DNA of 64,000 nucleotides from Eledone cirrhosa (lineage: Eukaryota). The position numbers and the translations under genes were made by a program. Positions 15,038 through 29,992 of the stretch are shown in pieces. Numbering within the stretch: the first letter of the stretch is position 1; the number at the start of each line of letters is the position of its first letter. The notes beneath the pieces are model-generated. The model saw nothing but the letters and a program-made list of their open reading frames with translations. It did no database searches and was not told the DNA's origin. The stretch covers positions 23,126,001 through 23,190,000 of the forward strand of contig OZ024761.1 in the NCBI GenBank assembly GCA_964016885.1, given 5' to 3'.

Positions 15038-16827
15038 CCCTTTAGCATTTAAACCGGCCGTATCCGGCCAGAATTCTCTCACCTTTCTGTGTTCAGACCC
15101 GCCATAACCAGCCACTCATACTTATGTTAAGGTAGTTCTCAAAATAAATATCATCAAAATCTTGTAGATTCGATATTACGTGAGATAAAGCCTTTACCAC
15201 AAAAATACAATAGTATATATAGAGTAATGTAAATGTTATGTGAGATATTATGTGAGGTAAAGTCTTTACTGTGACAATACAATAGTATATATAGAGTAAT
15301 GTAAATGTTATGTGAGATATTATGTGAGGTAAAGCCTTTACTGTGAAAATACAATAGTATATATAGAGTAATGTAAATGTTATGTGAGATATTATGTGAG
15401 GTAAAGCCTTTACCACAAAAATACAATAGTATATATAGAGTAATGTAAATGTTATGTGAGATATTATGTGAGGTAAAGCCTTTACCACAAAAATACAATA
15501 GTATATATAGAGTAATGTAAATGTTATGTGAGATATTATGTGAGGTAAAGCCTTTACTGTGAAAATACAATAGTATATATAGAGTAATGTAAATGTTATG
15601 TGAGATATTATGTGAGGTAAAGCCTTTACTGTGAAAATACAATAGTATATATAGAGTAATGTAAATGTTATGTGAGATATTATGTAAGATAAAGCCTTTA
15701 CCATGAAAATACAATAGTATATATAGAGTAATGTAAATGTTATGTGAGATATTATGTGAGGTAAAGTCTTTACTGTGACAATACAATAGTATATATAGAG
15801 TAATGTAAATGTTATGTGAGATATTATGTGAGGTAAAGCCTTTACCACAAAAATACAATAGTATATATAGAGTAATGTAAATGTTATGTGAGATATTATG
15901 TGAGGTAAAGCCTTTACCACAAAAATACAATAGTATATATAGAGTAATGTAAATGTTATGTGAGATATTATGTGAGGTAAAGCCTTTACCACAAAAATAC
16001 AATAGTATATATAGAGTAATGTAAATGTTATGTGAGATATTATGTGAGGTAAAGCCTTTACTGTGAAAATACAATAGTATATATAGAGTAATGTAAATGT
16101 TATGTGAGATATTATGTGAGGTAAAGCCTTTACTGTGACAATACAATAGTATATATAGAGTAATGTAAATGTTATGTGAGATATTATGTGAGGTAAAGCC
16201 TTTACTGTGAAAATACAATAGTATATATAGAGTAATGTAAATGTTATGTGAGATATTATGTGAGGTAAAGCCTTTACTGTGACAATACAATAGTATATAT
16301 AGAGTAATGTAAATGTTATGTGAGATATTATGTGAGGTAAAGCCTTTACTGTGAAAATACAATAGTATATATAGAGTAATGTAAATGTTATGTGAGATAT
16401 TATGTGAGGTAAAGCCTTTACTGTGACAATACAATAGTATATATAGAGTAATGTAAATGTTATGTGAGATATTATGTGAGGTAAAGCCTTTACTGTGAAA
16501 ATACAATAGTATATATAGAGTAATGTAAATGTTATGTGAGATATTATGTGAGATAAAGTCTTTACTGTGACAATACAATAGTATATATAGAGTAATGTAA
16601 ATGTTATGTGAGATATTATGTAAGATAAAGTCTTTACTGTGACAATACAATAGTATATATAGAGTAATGTAAATGTTATGTGAGATATTATGTAAGATAA
16701 AGTCTTTACTGTGACAATACAATAGTATATATAGAGTAATGTAAATGTTATGTGAGATATTATGTAAGATAAAGCCTTTACTGTGACAATACAATAGTAT
16801 ATATAGAGTAATGTAAATGTTAAAGGG
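15038..16827. mobile_element. piggyBac-type MITE (TTAA target) carrying an internal 72-bp tandem array
   Basis: TTAA|CCCTTTAGCATTTA ... TAAATGTTAAAGGG|TTAA; 14-bp TIR with 1 mismatch. Confidence 0.85.
15178..16822. repeat. 72-bp tandem repeat, about 23 copies
   Basis: Unit aaagcctttactgtgaaaatacaatagtatatatagagtaatgtaaatgttatgtgagatattatgtgaggt; 5 units span 360 bp. Confidence 0.97.
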
Positions 16828-17248
16828 TTAATAAAGATATATAATAATTGTTATGCAGTTGTTCGCCGAGACATGAGAACTTCTGTATGGTTTCCACAAA
16901 GGTACAAAGTTTGAGAAACGCTGCTCTATAATGTTATACCATTTTTAAAAGAGACAAAGGAGTAACAGATTTCGGTTGCACGTGTAGCCATCTTCAGAGA
17001 TTTACTTTTTATGAATTCCGTTTATGATTTGTAAAACCGTTGAAAATAATAGTATTATGTATAGAGGTAGGCGGCACCAAGGGACAGAGAGTAGATATTT
17101 CGTTTTGATTTGTTGATGTGAGAACAAGGCAGCGTTACTTCGATTTATTATCAATTAATGACAAATGATTGTTTGTTATGTCACGAATTTGGATAAATGC
17201 CAATAACTAGTGAACGTGCTACACACACACGCACACATACATGTGTGG

Positions 17249-17294
<46 letters not shown>

Positions 17295-17315
17295 TCACAC
17301 ATAGACGAGCATATA

Positions 17316-17359
<44 letters not shown>

Positions 17360-17385
17360 CACACATAGACGAGCATATAAGTTTT

Positions 17386-17417
<32 letters not shown>

Positions 17418-17427
17418 CATATATATG

Positions 17428-17460
<33 letters not shown>

Positions 17461-17489
17461 GTATATATATATGTATATATATATATATG

Positions 17490-17525
<36 letters not shown>

Positions 17526-17607
17526 GAAACCGATTGTGTTGTTATTTCTGTTTACCTTTTACATATATATATTTTAACTTATATGCGTATTTATGTGTGA
17601 GTATATG

Positions 17608-17681
<74 letters not shown>

Positions 17682-17735
17682 TATATGTGTATATATATAT
17701 ATATATTTAAACTTATATGTGTGTATATATATGTG

Positions 17736-17791
<56 letters not shown>

Positions 17792-18361
17792 TATATAAAT
17801 GAACTTCTAAATAATCGTTAGTGTGTTGTCAATGTTAATTCATTAAATTTGATTCATTAAATTTCTCATTAATTAAAATATTATTAGTGTCTTTATGCAC
17901 GATTGCTTAAATTCAAATTCCTTTATTAATTAATTGAAGATGTTATAATGATCTTCTATATTACGTTTCTATTTTCCAATATATTTTAGTGTTTTAGCAA
18001 GTAAGTCTTCCATTGCGAAAGAGACACCCAAAGGAAACTATGGAAGCACAGTTTGAAAAAAAAAAAACATCCCTTGGTGTCTGTCACATCGTCCATCTCT
18101 TTCTTACTTCGATTCGCTCACACTTTATCCTTCTTTGGAGAAAATCTGTTGTATTGAGAACTTGAGAGGAGATGGTCTCTGCCAGATTTAATAAAGAAAA
18201 TGCTTTAGAAACGCTGTATGTTAATAAGTCACACCTACGTCTTCCTCCAGGAGTTACGGGGGCATAAAAAAATATGTTAAGAAAAAACCCACATGTTGTT
18301 TTCACCATTAATGATATTTTTCTGGAATATTAACCAAGAAAACCTCCATATACAGATGCAT

Positions 18362-18565
18362 CAACTTTTCGTCAAATCGGACCGAGGACAAAAATGTTTC
18401 CGTTGGTCTTTCCACTTGCTAATACTATCTATCAGTCGCAACTCCAGGTAGAAGGAGCAACGTGAGGTAAAGTGTCTTGTGCAAGGACATAACGTATCGC
18501 CCGGTCCAGGATTCGAACTCACACCCTCACAAATTCAACTCTCTAACCACTCAGCCAAGCGCCTT
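18362..18565 (-). mobile_element. tRNA-derived CORE-type SINE, family B
   Basis: Minus strand has A box TGGCTGAGTGG, B box GTTCGAATCC and CORE-like TGTCCTT..CAAGACACTTTA. Confidence 0.85.
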
Positions 18566-18902
18566 CATGTATATGCAGATACATATACAGATATATATAT
18601 ATATATATATAACACGATTTATAAGCTTATTAATTAGAATAAATTTACATATCACCACCACCACTATTCTCTAGGGTTAATTTTAATAAAGTTTTTATAT
18701 GTATTAACAAAATTGCATTTAATATTTAATCGAACGTCACCTGTACATAGCCGAGCCTGGGACACCCACTTCCCTCCTCTGCGAGAGGTTAGTACCCGAT
18801 GTGAGAGGGTCGTATTGAGGTTACCATTCAGTTGTGTGGGATCGAGATGCCTCTTCTCCACTATAGTATCATATTAGAAGACACTATTACAAAGAAATAT
18901 TA

Positions 18903-19442
18903 GCTGCTTAATGAACACAACCACCAGGATATGGTCCGAACGTGGAAGAGCCGAACTCCCACTGTCATCGCCTCCATCCCTCCCGCCCTCACCATCTCTC
19001 TGTGTAGTGAGCAAATGGGGTCCTACGTGCTGGCCTCCCCACAGCACCGGTGGACAGAATGGAGAAGGCGTTTACCCGGAGGATGGTAAGGGAGATGCGC
19101 TGGAAGAGCCATTCCAACTCGTGAGGCTCACACCTGCGGCTGGCGGCCAGCTCAGCGCCTATGGTAGTGAGTAGGGAGGTAGCCCTAGGGCCAAGGACAC
19201 CAGAAGTCTCCACTGCTACAGGTAACCAGTTCAGCGCCTATGGTGGGAGGTAGTGAGGTAGCCCTAGGGCCAAGGACACCAGAAGTCTCCACTGCTACAG
19301 GTAACCAGTTCAGCGCCCATGGTGGGAGGTAGTGAGGTAGCCCTAGGGCCAAGGACACCAGAAGTCTCCAATACGAAGGACACGACCACGAACCAGTCGG
19401 AGGGCGACTGGTACTTGGAGATTTTGGCCTCCTCAGCCCGTA
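18903..19442 (-). mobile_element. CRE-type (restriction-like endonuclease) non-LTR retrotransposon 3' fragment with 3 internal 79-bp units
   Basis: Encodes RAEEAKISKY..FVVVSFVLETSGVLG..WLFQRISLTILRVNAFSIL, matching the RLE-domain C-terminus (AExxKxxKY, ETxG, FQRISxxIxRGNA). Confidence 0.75.
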
Positions 19443-19877
19443 GAAATTTGCATCACGCAGCTTTGCTGTTTGACGAGAAGAGGGGCGTAACGTGATGTGG
19501 TATTTGTCCAGTAGCTGAAAATCGTCAGCCATGTCAGGGAGCGAAGGATTTGGCTCTATCGTTCTCTTTCATGAAGGTATGCATCAACATTCCAAAGTGA
19601 TACAGAAAGCTCACTATTTACACCTGTTAACAGACACGCCACTGACTTGTTCAAATACAAAATATAAAGATGAAAGGCTGTAACATAACTGCACAACACA
19701 CACACACACACACAGATATACAGACACACACACAGATATATATATACACACGTACACTCTCACACAGACACACACACACATACACATATTTATATATATA
19801 TATATATTTATGCATGTTTAAATGTTTCTTTTTTTTATATATTCACAGGCGCATAATTTCTTATACATTTATACCTG

Positions 19878-19924
<47 letters not shown>

Positions 19925-20594
19925 TATAATATATATATGTATCCATATATATATATATATATATGCATATAATATATATATGTATCCATATATATATATA
20001 TATGTGTGTATTCATATAGATAAAAATATATATATATGTATTCCACACACAAACACTTACACATATACAAACACATCAACTTACATCACTCATACCAACG
20101 TACAGAAATGATCCTAAACCATTTTTTTTCCAAACTTTTTGCATTCCTAACTTATCAATTTTAATATTCCTATTATAATTTCCATTACTAACTTATTAAT
20201 AATTTCTAAATACTTTTTTTTCCCCTGTTTGTTTGTGTTTGTTTTACAACTTTTATTCTGTGTTATTTTGTATAATTGAACTGTAAATTATTCCAATAAA
20301 GAACTATTTGGAAATACTTAATTCTTGTTGTTGTCTTATTTCTTACGATCTATCTGTTAACTTCCATGTGGAAGATTGCCACACTGGGCCCTTCATGAAC
20401 AAGGGACCAACCCCAAAGTTCTGTTCATCGTTTCCGTATGTATGTATGTATGTATGTATGTATGTATGTATGTATGTATGTATGTATGTATGTATGTATG
20501 TACGTACGTACGTACGTATGTATGTATGTATGTACGTACGTACGTACGTACGTATGTATGTATGTATGTATGTATGTATGTACGTACGTATGTA

Positions 20595-20631
<37 letters not shown>

Positions 20632-20644
20632 ATGTATGTATGTA

Positions 20645-21140
20645 TGCGATGGACCGGACATCTCTGCAGAATGGAAGACGATGGAATCCCGAAAAAAGCT
20701 TTTGTGTGGCGAGCTTTGTAAAGGTAAGAAACCACCGCACAAACCAAAATATGGTTTGAAAGATTGTGCAAAGCAGTCATTGAAATAAAACAGGTTTGAT
20801 GGTGTCAGACTGGGAAATAGAAGCGCTTGAAAGAGAAACTTGGCGTGGAATGGTGAATAGTGGGTGACCATAATTTTGAGGACAGACGCATAGAGCACGA
20901 GAAGATCAAATGGGATGTACGTAAGAATGCCCTAGTGTATCTCTCCAAATGATTGGTGTCTCCATTGAATTGGTGTGACCTGAGTATGGAGAGATGTGCT
21001 TGAGCAAATCTGGTCGCAGGAGCCAGAGTGGCAGCCATGTTCAAAGGGAACCAGTGAACTATGGTCTCCATGGTATTGAAATATGTAATGAATGTGGCAA
21101 AGAATGTTGATCTGTGAAGGCTGAGAGGCAACCTGATGAA
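20645..21140 (+). mobile_element. RTE (BovB-like) LINE 3' fragment, frameshifted
   Basis: [18 protein letters not shown] / [26 protein letters not shown], then WEIEALERETWR and a CxECGK-like zinc-finger remnant. Confidence 0.8.
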
Positions 21141-21252
<112 letters not shown>

Positions 21253-21542
21253 CATGGAAAAGAAGCACAGGTGTTTTTTTGGGGGAGAATCAACATTTCA
21301 ATGAATATGACAAAACCTATGCACAGGTGTGTGAGTACACACACACGGACACACACACACACACATATATATATATGGGTGTGTATGTATATACATACAG
21401 ATATATATATATATGTGTGTGTGTATATACGAGTGTGTGTGTGTGGTGAGTAAATGGATTATCTCTTCGTAAAAAATAAAGACTTTTAATGAATTAAAAA
21501 AAAGAATACAAATGGCAATGTGACTCTGTATCTTGTATTTAT

Positions 21543-21574
<32 letters not shown>

Positions 21575-21607
21575 GCATATATATGTATATATATATATAT
21601 GTATATT

Positions 21608-21694
<87 letters not shown>

Positions 21695-21801
21695 CTATAT
21701 TTATATACCTATATTTATATACCTATATTTATATACCTATATTTATATATTTATACCTATATATATATATATATATACATATACCTATATATATATATAT
21801 A

Positions 21802-21866
<65 letters not shown>

Positions 21867-21974
21867 CCTATATATATATATACACACCTACCTATATATA
21901 TATATATATATACCTATATATATATATACACACCTACCTATATATATATATATATATATATAGTAATAATAATA

Positions 21975-22048
21975 AATTTGAAGACTAAAATCCGTTAAGG
22001 GTGAAAGCAGCGATTCTTTGCTTAAACTTTAATCTGTTATTTTAATAA
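21975..22048 (+). mobile_element. Penelope-like pLTR fragment in (TA)n
   Basis: gaaagcagcgattctttgcttaaactttaatctgttatttt also forms both arms of 48745-48845. Confidence 0.55.
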
Positions 22049-22095
22049 ATATATATATATATATATATACCTATATATATATATATACACCTACC

Positions 22096-22126
<31 letters not shown>

Positions 22127-22129
22127 CTA

Positions 22130-22186
<57 letters not shown>

Positions 22187-22626
22187 CTACCTCTATATAT
22201 ATATATATGTATATATATATACATACCTACCTATATATATATATATATATATATATATTTCACAACTATGACATCGTTTTTAAATTCAGGAAAATTCCAT
22301 AGAAAGAAATGGAGTTTTTTCGAGTTTCCATTCTTCCGAGTTGCTGCCGGGTCCGTCAGAAGTCAAGTATTAGGAAGTACTTTAACTATCAGATAATACA
22401 AGTTACTGGAATATAGTATTTATAGCTTAATACATTGCATCTAGTTTTTATATTTATACAGAAACACAAACTCATACACTCAAAGACATACACGCACCCA
22501 CACGCATATAAATAAATAAATATAAATATATATATATATATATGTATATGTATGTATATATATGAATATATATATATGTATGTGTATATATATATATATG
22601 TATATATATATATGTATTTATATATG

Positions 22627-22695
<69 letters not shown>

Positions 22696-22696
22696 G

Positions 22697-22756
<60 letters not shown>

Positions 22757-23027
22757 AGTATATATGTATATATATATATATGTATGTATATATATGTATA
22801 TATAATATATATATATATATATGCATAAGTATATATATTTATGTGTATAAGTATATATATTTATATGTATAAGTATATATATATGTATATATATATGTAT
22901 ATATATGTATGTATATGTATATATATATATGTATATATATAAATACATATGTATATATATATATATATATATACATGTATATATATATATATGTGTATAT
23001 ATATATGTATATATATATATATATATG

Positions 23028-23090
<63 letters not shown>

Positions 23091-23119
23091 ATATATATAT
23101 ATATGTGTATATATATATG

Positions 23120-23157
<38 letters not shown>

Positions 23158-23210
23158 TATATACACACTTATTCTGCTTGAGATACGCAGTGTTATTATT
23201 ATTATTATTA

Positions 23211-26200
23211 TGGATTAGCAGTGGCGGTGGAGCGTCAGACAACATGCTTAACAGCATAGAGTTATGACCCTTTACGGGGGTCGATAAAGTAAAGTACCAG
23301 TAATGCACTGGGGTAATTGCTGACCTTGTGCCAAAAGTAGAAACAATTATTATTTTTATTATTTTTATAGATTGACAGTGTCGGTGGAGTGTCAGACACC
23401 ATGCTTAACGGCATCGGGTTATGGCCCTTTACGTTCTGAAATTAAACCTTACCGAAGTTACCTTTGTCTTTTATTCTTACGGGGTCGATCAAATAAAGTA
23501 CCAGTAATACACTGGGGTAATTGCTGGCCTTGTGCCAAAAGTAGAAAAAATTATTATTTTTATTATTTTTATAGATTGACAGTGTCGGTGGAGTGTCAGA
23601 CACCATGCTTAACGGCATCGGGTTATGGCCCTTTACGTTCTGAAATTAAACCTTACCGAAGTTACCTTTGTCTTTTATTCTTACGGGGTCGATCAAATAA
23701 AGTACCAGTAATACACTGGGGTAATTGCTGACCTTGTGCCAAAAGTAGAAACAATTATTATTTTTATTATTTTTATAGATTGACAGTGTCGGTGGAGTGT
23801 CAGACACCATGCTTAACGGCATCGGGTTATGGCCCTTTACGTTCTGAAATTAAACCTTACCGAAGTTACCTTTGTCTTTTATTCTTACGGGGTCGATCAA
23901 ATAAAGTAGCAGTAATACACTGGGGTAATTGCTGGCCTTGTGCCAAAAGTAGAAACAATTATTATTTTTATTATTTTTATAGATTGACAGTGTCGGTGGA
24001 GTGTCAGACACCATGCTTAACGGCATCGGGTTATGGCCCTTTACGTTCTGAAATTAAACCTTACCGAAGTTACCTTTGTCTTTTATTCTTACGGGGTCGA
24101 TCAAATAAAGTACCAGTAATACACTGGGGTAATTGCTGGCCTTGTGCCAAAAGTAGAAAAAATTATTATTTTTATTATTTTTATAGATTGACAGTGTCGG
24201 TGGAGTGTCAGACACCATGCTTAACGGCATCGGGTTATGGCCCTTTACGTTCTGAAATTAAACCTTACCGAAGTTACCTTTGTCTTTTATTCTTACGGGG
24301 TCGATCAAATAAAGTAGCAGTAATACACTGGGGTAATTGCTGGCCTTGTGCCAAAAGTAGAAACAATTATTATTTTTATTATTTTTATAGATTGACAGTG
24401 TCGGTGGAGTGTCAGACACCATGCTTAACGGCATCGGGTTATGGCCCTTTACGTTCTGAAATTAAACCTTACCGAAGTTACCTTTGTCTTTTATTCTTAC
24501 GGGGTCGATCAAATAAAGTAGCAGTAATACACTGGGGTAATTGCTGGCCTTGTGCCAAAAGTAGAAACAATTATTATTTTTATTATTTTTATAGATTGAC
24601 AGTGTCGGTGGAGTGTCAGACACCATGCTTAACGGCATCGGGTTATGGCCCTTTACGTTCTGAAATTAAACCTTACCGAAGTTACCTTTGTCTTTTATTC
24701 TTACGGGGTCGATCAAATAAAGTACCAGTAATACACTGGGGTAATTGCTGGCCTTGTGCCAAAAGTAGAAACAATTATTATTTTTATTATTTTTATAGAT
24801 TGACAGTGTCGGTGGAGTGTCAGACACCATGCTTAACGGCATCGGGTTATGGCCCTTTACGTTCTGAAATTAAACCTTACCGAAGTTACCTTTGTCTTTT
24901 ATTCTTACGGGGTCGATCAAATAAAGTACCAGTAATACACTGGGGTAATTGCTGGCCTTGTGCCAAAAGTAGAAACAATTATTATTTTTATTATTTTTAT
25001 AGATTGACAGTGTCGGTGGAGTGTCAGACACCATGCTTAACGGCATCGGGTTATGGCCCTTTACGTTCTGAAATTAAACCTTACCGAAGTTACCTTTGTC
25101 TTTTATTCTTACGGGGTCGACAAATAAAGTAGCAGTAATACACTGGGGTAATTGCTGGCCTTGTGCCAAAAGTAGAAACAATTATTATTTTTATTATTTT
25201 TATAGATTGACAGTGTCGGTGGAGTGTCAGACACCATGCTTAACGGCATCGGGTTATGGCCCTTTACGTTCTGAAATTAAACCTTACCGAAGTTACCTTT
25301 GTCTTTTATTCTTACGGGGTCGATCAAATAAAGTACCAGTAATACACTGGGGTAATTGCTGGCCTTGTGCCAAAAGTAGAAACAATTATTATTTTTATTA
25401 TTTTTATAGATTGACAGTGTCGGTGGAGTGTCAGACACCATGCTTAACGGCATCGGGTTATGGCCCTTTACGTTCTGAAATTAAACCTTACCGAAGTTAC
25501 CTTTGTCTTTTATTCTTACGGGGTCGATCAAATAAAGTACCAGTAATACACTGGGGTAATTGCTGGCCTTGTGCCAAAAGTAGAAACAATTATTATTTTT
25601 ATTATTTTTATAGATTGACAGTGTCGGTGGAGTGTCAGACACCATGCTTAACGGCATCGGGTTATGGCCCTTTACGTTCTGAAATTAAACCTTACCGAAG
25701 TTACCTTTGTCTTTTATTCTTACGGGGTCGATCAAATAAAGTACCAGTAATACACTGGGGTAATTGCTGGCCTTGTGCCAAAAGTAGAAACAATTATTAT
25801 TTTTATTATTTTTATAGATTGACAGTGTCGGTGGAGTGTCAGACACCATGCTTAACGGCATCGGGTTATGGCCCTTTACGTTCTGAAATTAAACCTTACC
25901 GAAGTTACCTTTGTCTTTTATTCTTACGGGGTCGATCAAATAAAGTACCAGTAATACACTGGGGTAATTGCTGGCCTTGTGCCAAAAGTAGAAACAATTA
26001 TTATTTTTATTATTTTTATAGATTGACAGTGTCGGTGGAGTGTCAGACACCATGCTTAACGGCATCGGGTTATGGCCCTTTACGTTCTGAAATTAAACCT
26101 TACCGAAGTTACCTTTGTCTTTTATTCTTACGGGGTCGATCAAATAAAGTACCAGTAATACACTGGGGTAATTGCTGACCTTGTGCCAAAAGTAGAAACA

Positions 26201-27032
26201 ATTATTATTTTTATTATTTTTATAGATTGACAGTGTCGGTGGAGTGTCAGACACCATGCTTAACGGCATCGGGTTATGGCCCTTTACGTTCTGAAATTAA
26301 ACCTTACCGAAGTTACCTTTGTCTTTTATTCTTACGGGGTCGATCAAATAAAGTACCAGTAATACACTGGGGTAATTGCTGGCCTTGTGCCAAAAGTAGA
26401 AACAATTATTATTTTTATTATTTTTATAGATTGACAGTGTCGGTGGAGTGTCAGACACCATGCTTAACGGCATCGGGTTATGGCCCTTTACGTTCTGAAA
26501 TTAAACCTTACCGAAGTTACCTTTGTCTTTTATTCTTACGGGGTCGATCAAATAAAGTACCAGTAATACACTGGGGTAATTGCTGGCCTTGTGCCAAAAG
26601 TAGAAACAATTATTATTTTTATTATTTTTATAGATTGACAGTGTCGGTGGAGTGTCAGACACCATGCTTAACGGCATCGGGTTATGGCCCTTTACGTTCT
26701 GAAATAAAACCTTACCGAAGTTACCTTTGTCTTTTATTCTTACGGGGTCGATCAAATAAAGTACCAGTAATACACTGGGGTAATTGCTGGCCTTGTGCCA
26801 AAAGTAGAAACAATTATTATTTTTATTATTTTTATAGATTGACAGTGTCGGTGGAGTGTCAGACACCATGCTTAACGGCACCGGGTTATGGCCCTTTACG
26901 TTCTGAAATTAAACCTTACCGAAGTTACCTTTGTCTTTTATTCTTACGGGGTCGATCAAATAAAGTACCAGTAATGTACTTGGATAATTGCTGGCCTTGT
27001 GCCAAAAGTAGAAACAATTATTATTATTATTA
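23211..27032 (+). repeat. 204-bp satellite made of whole SINE family A monomers: 18 copies plus a leading partial copy
   Basis: Units start at 23371, 23575 and so on; each aligns along its length with dispersed SINE A (e.g. 47093-47275). Confidence 0.95.
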
Positions 27033-27614
27033 TAAATATATATATATATTTCAAAATAAAAAAAAAACAAACAAGGATATTATTATTATTTTTATTATTA
27101 TTTATTTGCACATCGCTAAGGACGGTTAACATAGTGAAATATTACACTATAACCTCATATATATCACTCAATGACCAAACGAGTTAAAATAGTCATAAGA
27201 ATAAAAAAATCATTTAATCAGGGCGATTTATAAAATTGTATATATTCATGTATCAGCGTATCTTTTTTATTACTTTAATGTCCAAACTCCCTTTTACTAG
27301 AGTTAATTAGGTGGGTTCTGGCTGTTATTTCTAGCAAATGTAGTACTGCCTCCATTCCGTGACGTATATAAACCACGTGATGATTTCTTTCGCTAGAGTA
27401 ACATTGGTTGTCTTACGGTTAGGTCGCAAAATTAGGAGCTCCCGAAAGTTCGATAGTCTAACAGCATTGTTGCACCTCACTGCAACAAATCAGTTGATGA
27501 AACTTCAGTTGGGACTTGTATAAGTACATATATATATATATATATATGTATGCGTATATATATATATATGTATATATATATATGTATATATATATGTGTA
27601 TATATATGTATGTG

Positions 27615-27675
<61 letters not shown>

Positions 27676-27710
27676 GTATATATATATATGTGTATATATA
27701 TATATATGTG

Positions 27711-27743
<33 letters not shown>

Positions 27744-27960
27744 GTGTATATATATATATATGTGTATATATATATATGTGTGTATATATATATATGTGTG
27801 TATATATATATATGTGTGTATATATATATATGTGTATATATATATATATGTGTATATATATATATGTGTGTATATATATATATATGTGTATATATATATA
27901 TGTGTGTATATATATATATGTGTGTATATATATATATATGTGTGTGTATATATATATATA

Positions 27961-27993
<33 letters not shown>

Positions 27994-28130
27994 GTGTGTA
28001 TATATATATATGTGTGTATATATATATATGTGTATATATATATATATGTGTGTGTATATATATATATGTGTATATATATATATATGTGTGTGTATATATA
28101 TATATGTGTGTGTATATATATATATGTGTG

Positions 28131-28168
<38 letters not shown>

Positions 28169-28181
28169 CATATATATACAC

Positions 28182-28230
<49 letters not shown>

Positions 28231-28235
28231 TACAC

Positions 28236-28278
<43 letters not shown>

Positions 28279-28285
28279 TACACAG

Positions 28286-28325
<40 letters not shown>

Positions 28326-28343
28326 ATACACACATATATACAC

Positions 28344-28401
<58 letters not shown>

Positions 28402-29249
28402 GAAAGGTTCTCAATATATATATGTGTAAATTTAGAAATCAGTAAAACCCTTTTCAAAAAAGATATAACAAACAACTATTTTATTTATTTATGCTTGTTT
28501 TTATTTATATACGAATTACTAAATTACTATAACACAGTAAGAATAAATATAAATTCATAATTCCCGCCAGATAAGCAAATTCAAACTAAATATGTCTTAG
28601 ATCAAAACAAACATTAGTCATCCGTAAAGACTTTTTTATTTTCTTCAGTGCCGCAGACGAGATAACTAGTCTTATGTATGTATTCCAGTGTCACGGATGA
28701 AATAACTTGTTTCCAACAGTACATAATTTCCTTTTACTGAAAAAATAAAACAAAAACAGCTACACAGCAACTGTCTAGCTGTGTAAAATATGCGCGGCAG
28801 TCAACAAGGTTAAAAACACAATTAAAAAATAGTATATAAATTAATTATGAAGGCAGAATACACATAGTAAATAAAAACAATTTTTTATTTTAGACCGGGG
28901 AGTAAGTAAAGTGACATCGCTAATATTGATTCACCGTTGGAAGGTACGATAAACATAAGATGAAATAACATTCTGATTGAAATGTCTCACCAATACGAAG
29001 ACAGTAACGTTTCCACTTCAAGTTTAATGAGCACCAGATTAGAAAAACTATAAGGTAATTGCATATATACGATTTTTACAACGCTAACTAACTGAAAAAA
29101 ATTATTTTCAAATCTTCTTCAAATACTTTTCTTATAACTAAATAAAATCTACCGTAACTTTATAAAGAAAAAAACTTTAACCAAACAACCCCCTCCTGTA
29201 ACCAATTCTTTGTTATAACTAATTTTCCCCGAGAAAAAAAAAAAAAAAA

Positions 29250-29735
29250 AGTGAACCTTGCATATTTTTGAAAAATATACCCTTATAAAAAATACCCTTA
29301 AAAAAAAAGCACAGATGAACTTGTAACTTTGCATGTTTTTGAAAAATGTACCCTTATGAAAATATACCCTTAAAAAAAAAACACAGATGAACTTATAACC
29401 TTGCATGTTTTTGAAAAATATATGCTTATAAAAATATACCCTTAAAATAAAAATACAGATGAACTAATAACCTTGCATGTTTTTGAAAAATGTACCCTTA
29501 AAAAAAAAAACAGATGAACTTATAACCTTGCATGTTTTTGAAAAATGTACCTTATGAAAATATACTCTTAAAAAAAAAAAAACAGATGAACTTGTAACCT
29601 TGCATGTTTTTGAAAAATGTACCCTTATGAAAATATACCCTTAAAAAAAAAACCAGATGAACTTGTAACCTTGCATGTTTTTGAAAAATATACCCTTATA
29701 AAAATATACCCTTAAAAAAATATACCCTTACAAAA
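29250..29735. repeat. tandem repeat of about 69 bp, about 7 copies
   Basis: cagatgaacttgtaaccttgcatgtttttgaaaaatgtacccttatgaaaatataccctt(a)n. Confidence 0.9.
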
Positions 29736-29923
29736 ACTTCTGCATAATATATATTTAAAACGTTATTGCCTGCCTAAAAGCTGCATGTTTTGTTGGAACT
29801 CTTCTCGCTATCTTGATAATTGTCTTATGGTATTCATTATTATTATTATTATTTTTGTTCTGAAAATTTCCTGAAGAGATACAATTGGGATGAAACACCC
29901 AATATGAAGATACTTGTTAACTA

Positions 29924-29992
29924 TTAGGTCATCAAGTACGAAATTTGTAGAAGTTTCTTTTTTTTCTACAAATTTCCTACTTGACGACCCAA
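29924..29992. mobile_element. mariner-derived palindromic micro-MITE (MADE-like)
   Basis: TA|TTAGGTCATCAAGTACGAAATTTGTAGAA..TTCTACAAATTTCCTACTTGACGACCCAA; second copy at 41638. Confidence 0.7.

Noticed and set aside
15093-16794. 299-aa and 546-aa repeat ORFs
   Set aside because: Translation of the 72-bp array inside a MITE
23372-27129. Long ORFs with 68-aa repeats
   Set aside because: By-product of a 204-bp SINE unit; broken by stops and a 1-bp deletion
28790-28813. piggyBac-like right end ggcagtcaacaaggttaa
   Set aside because: No matching left end found
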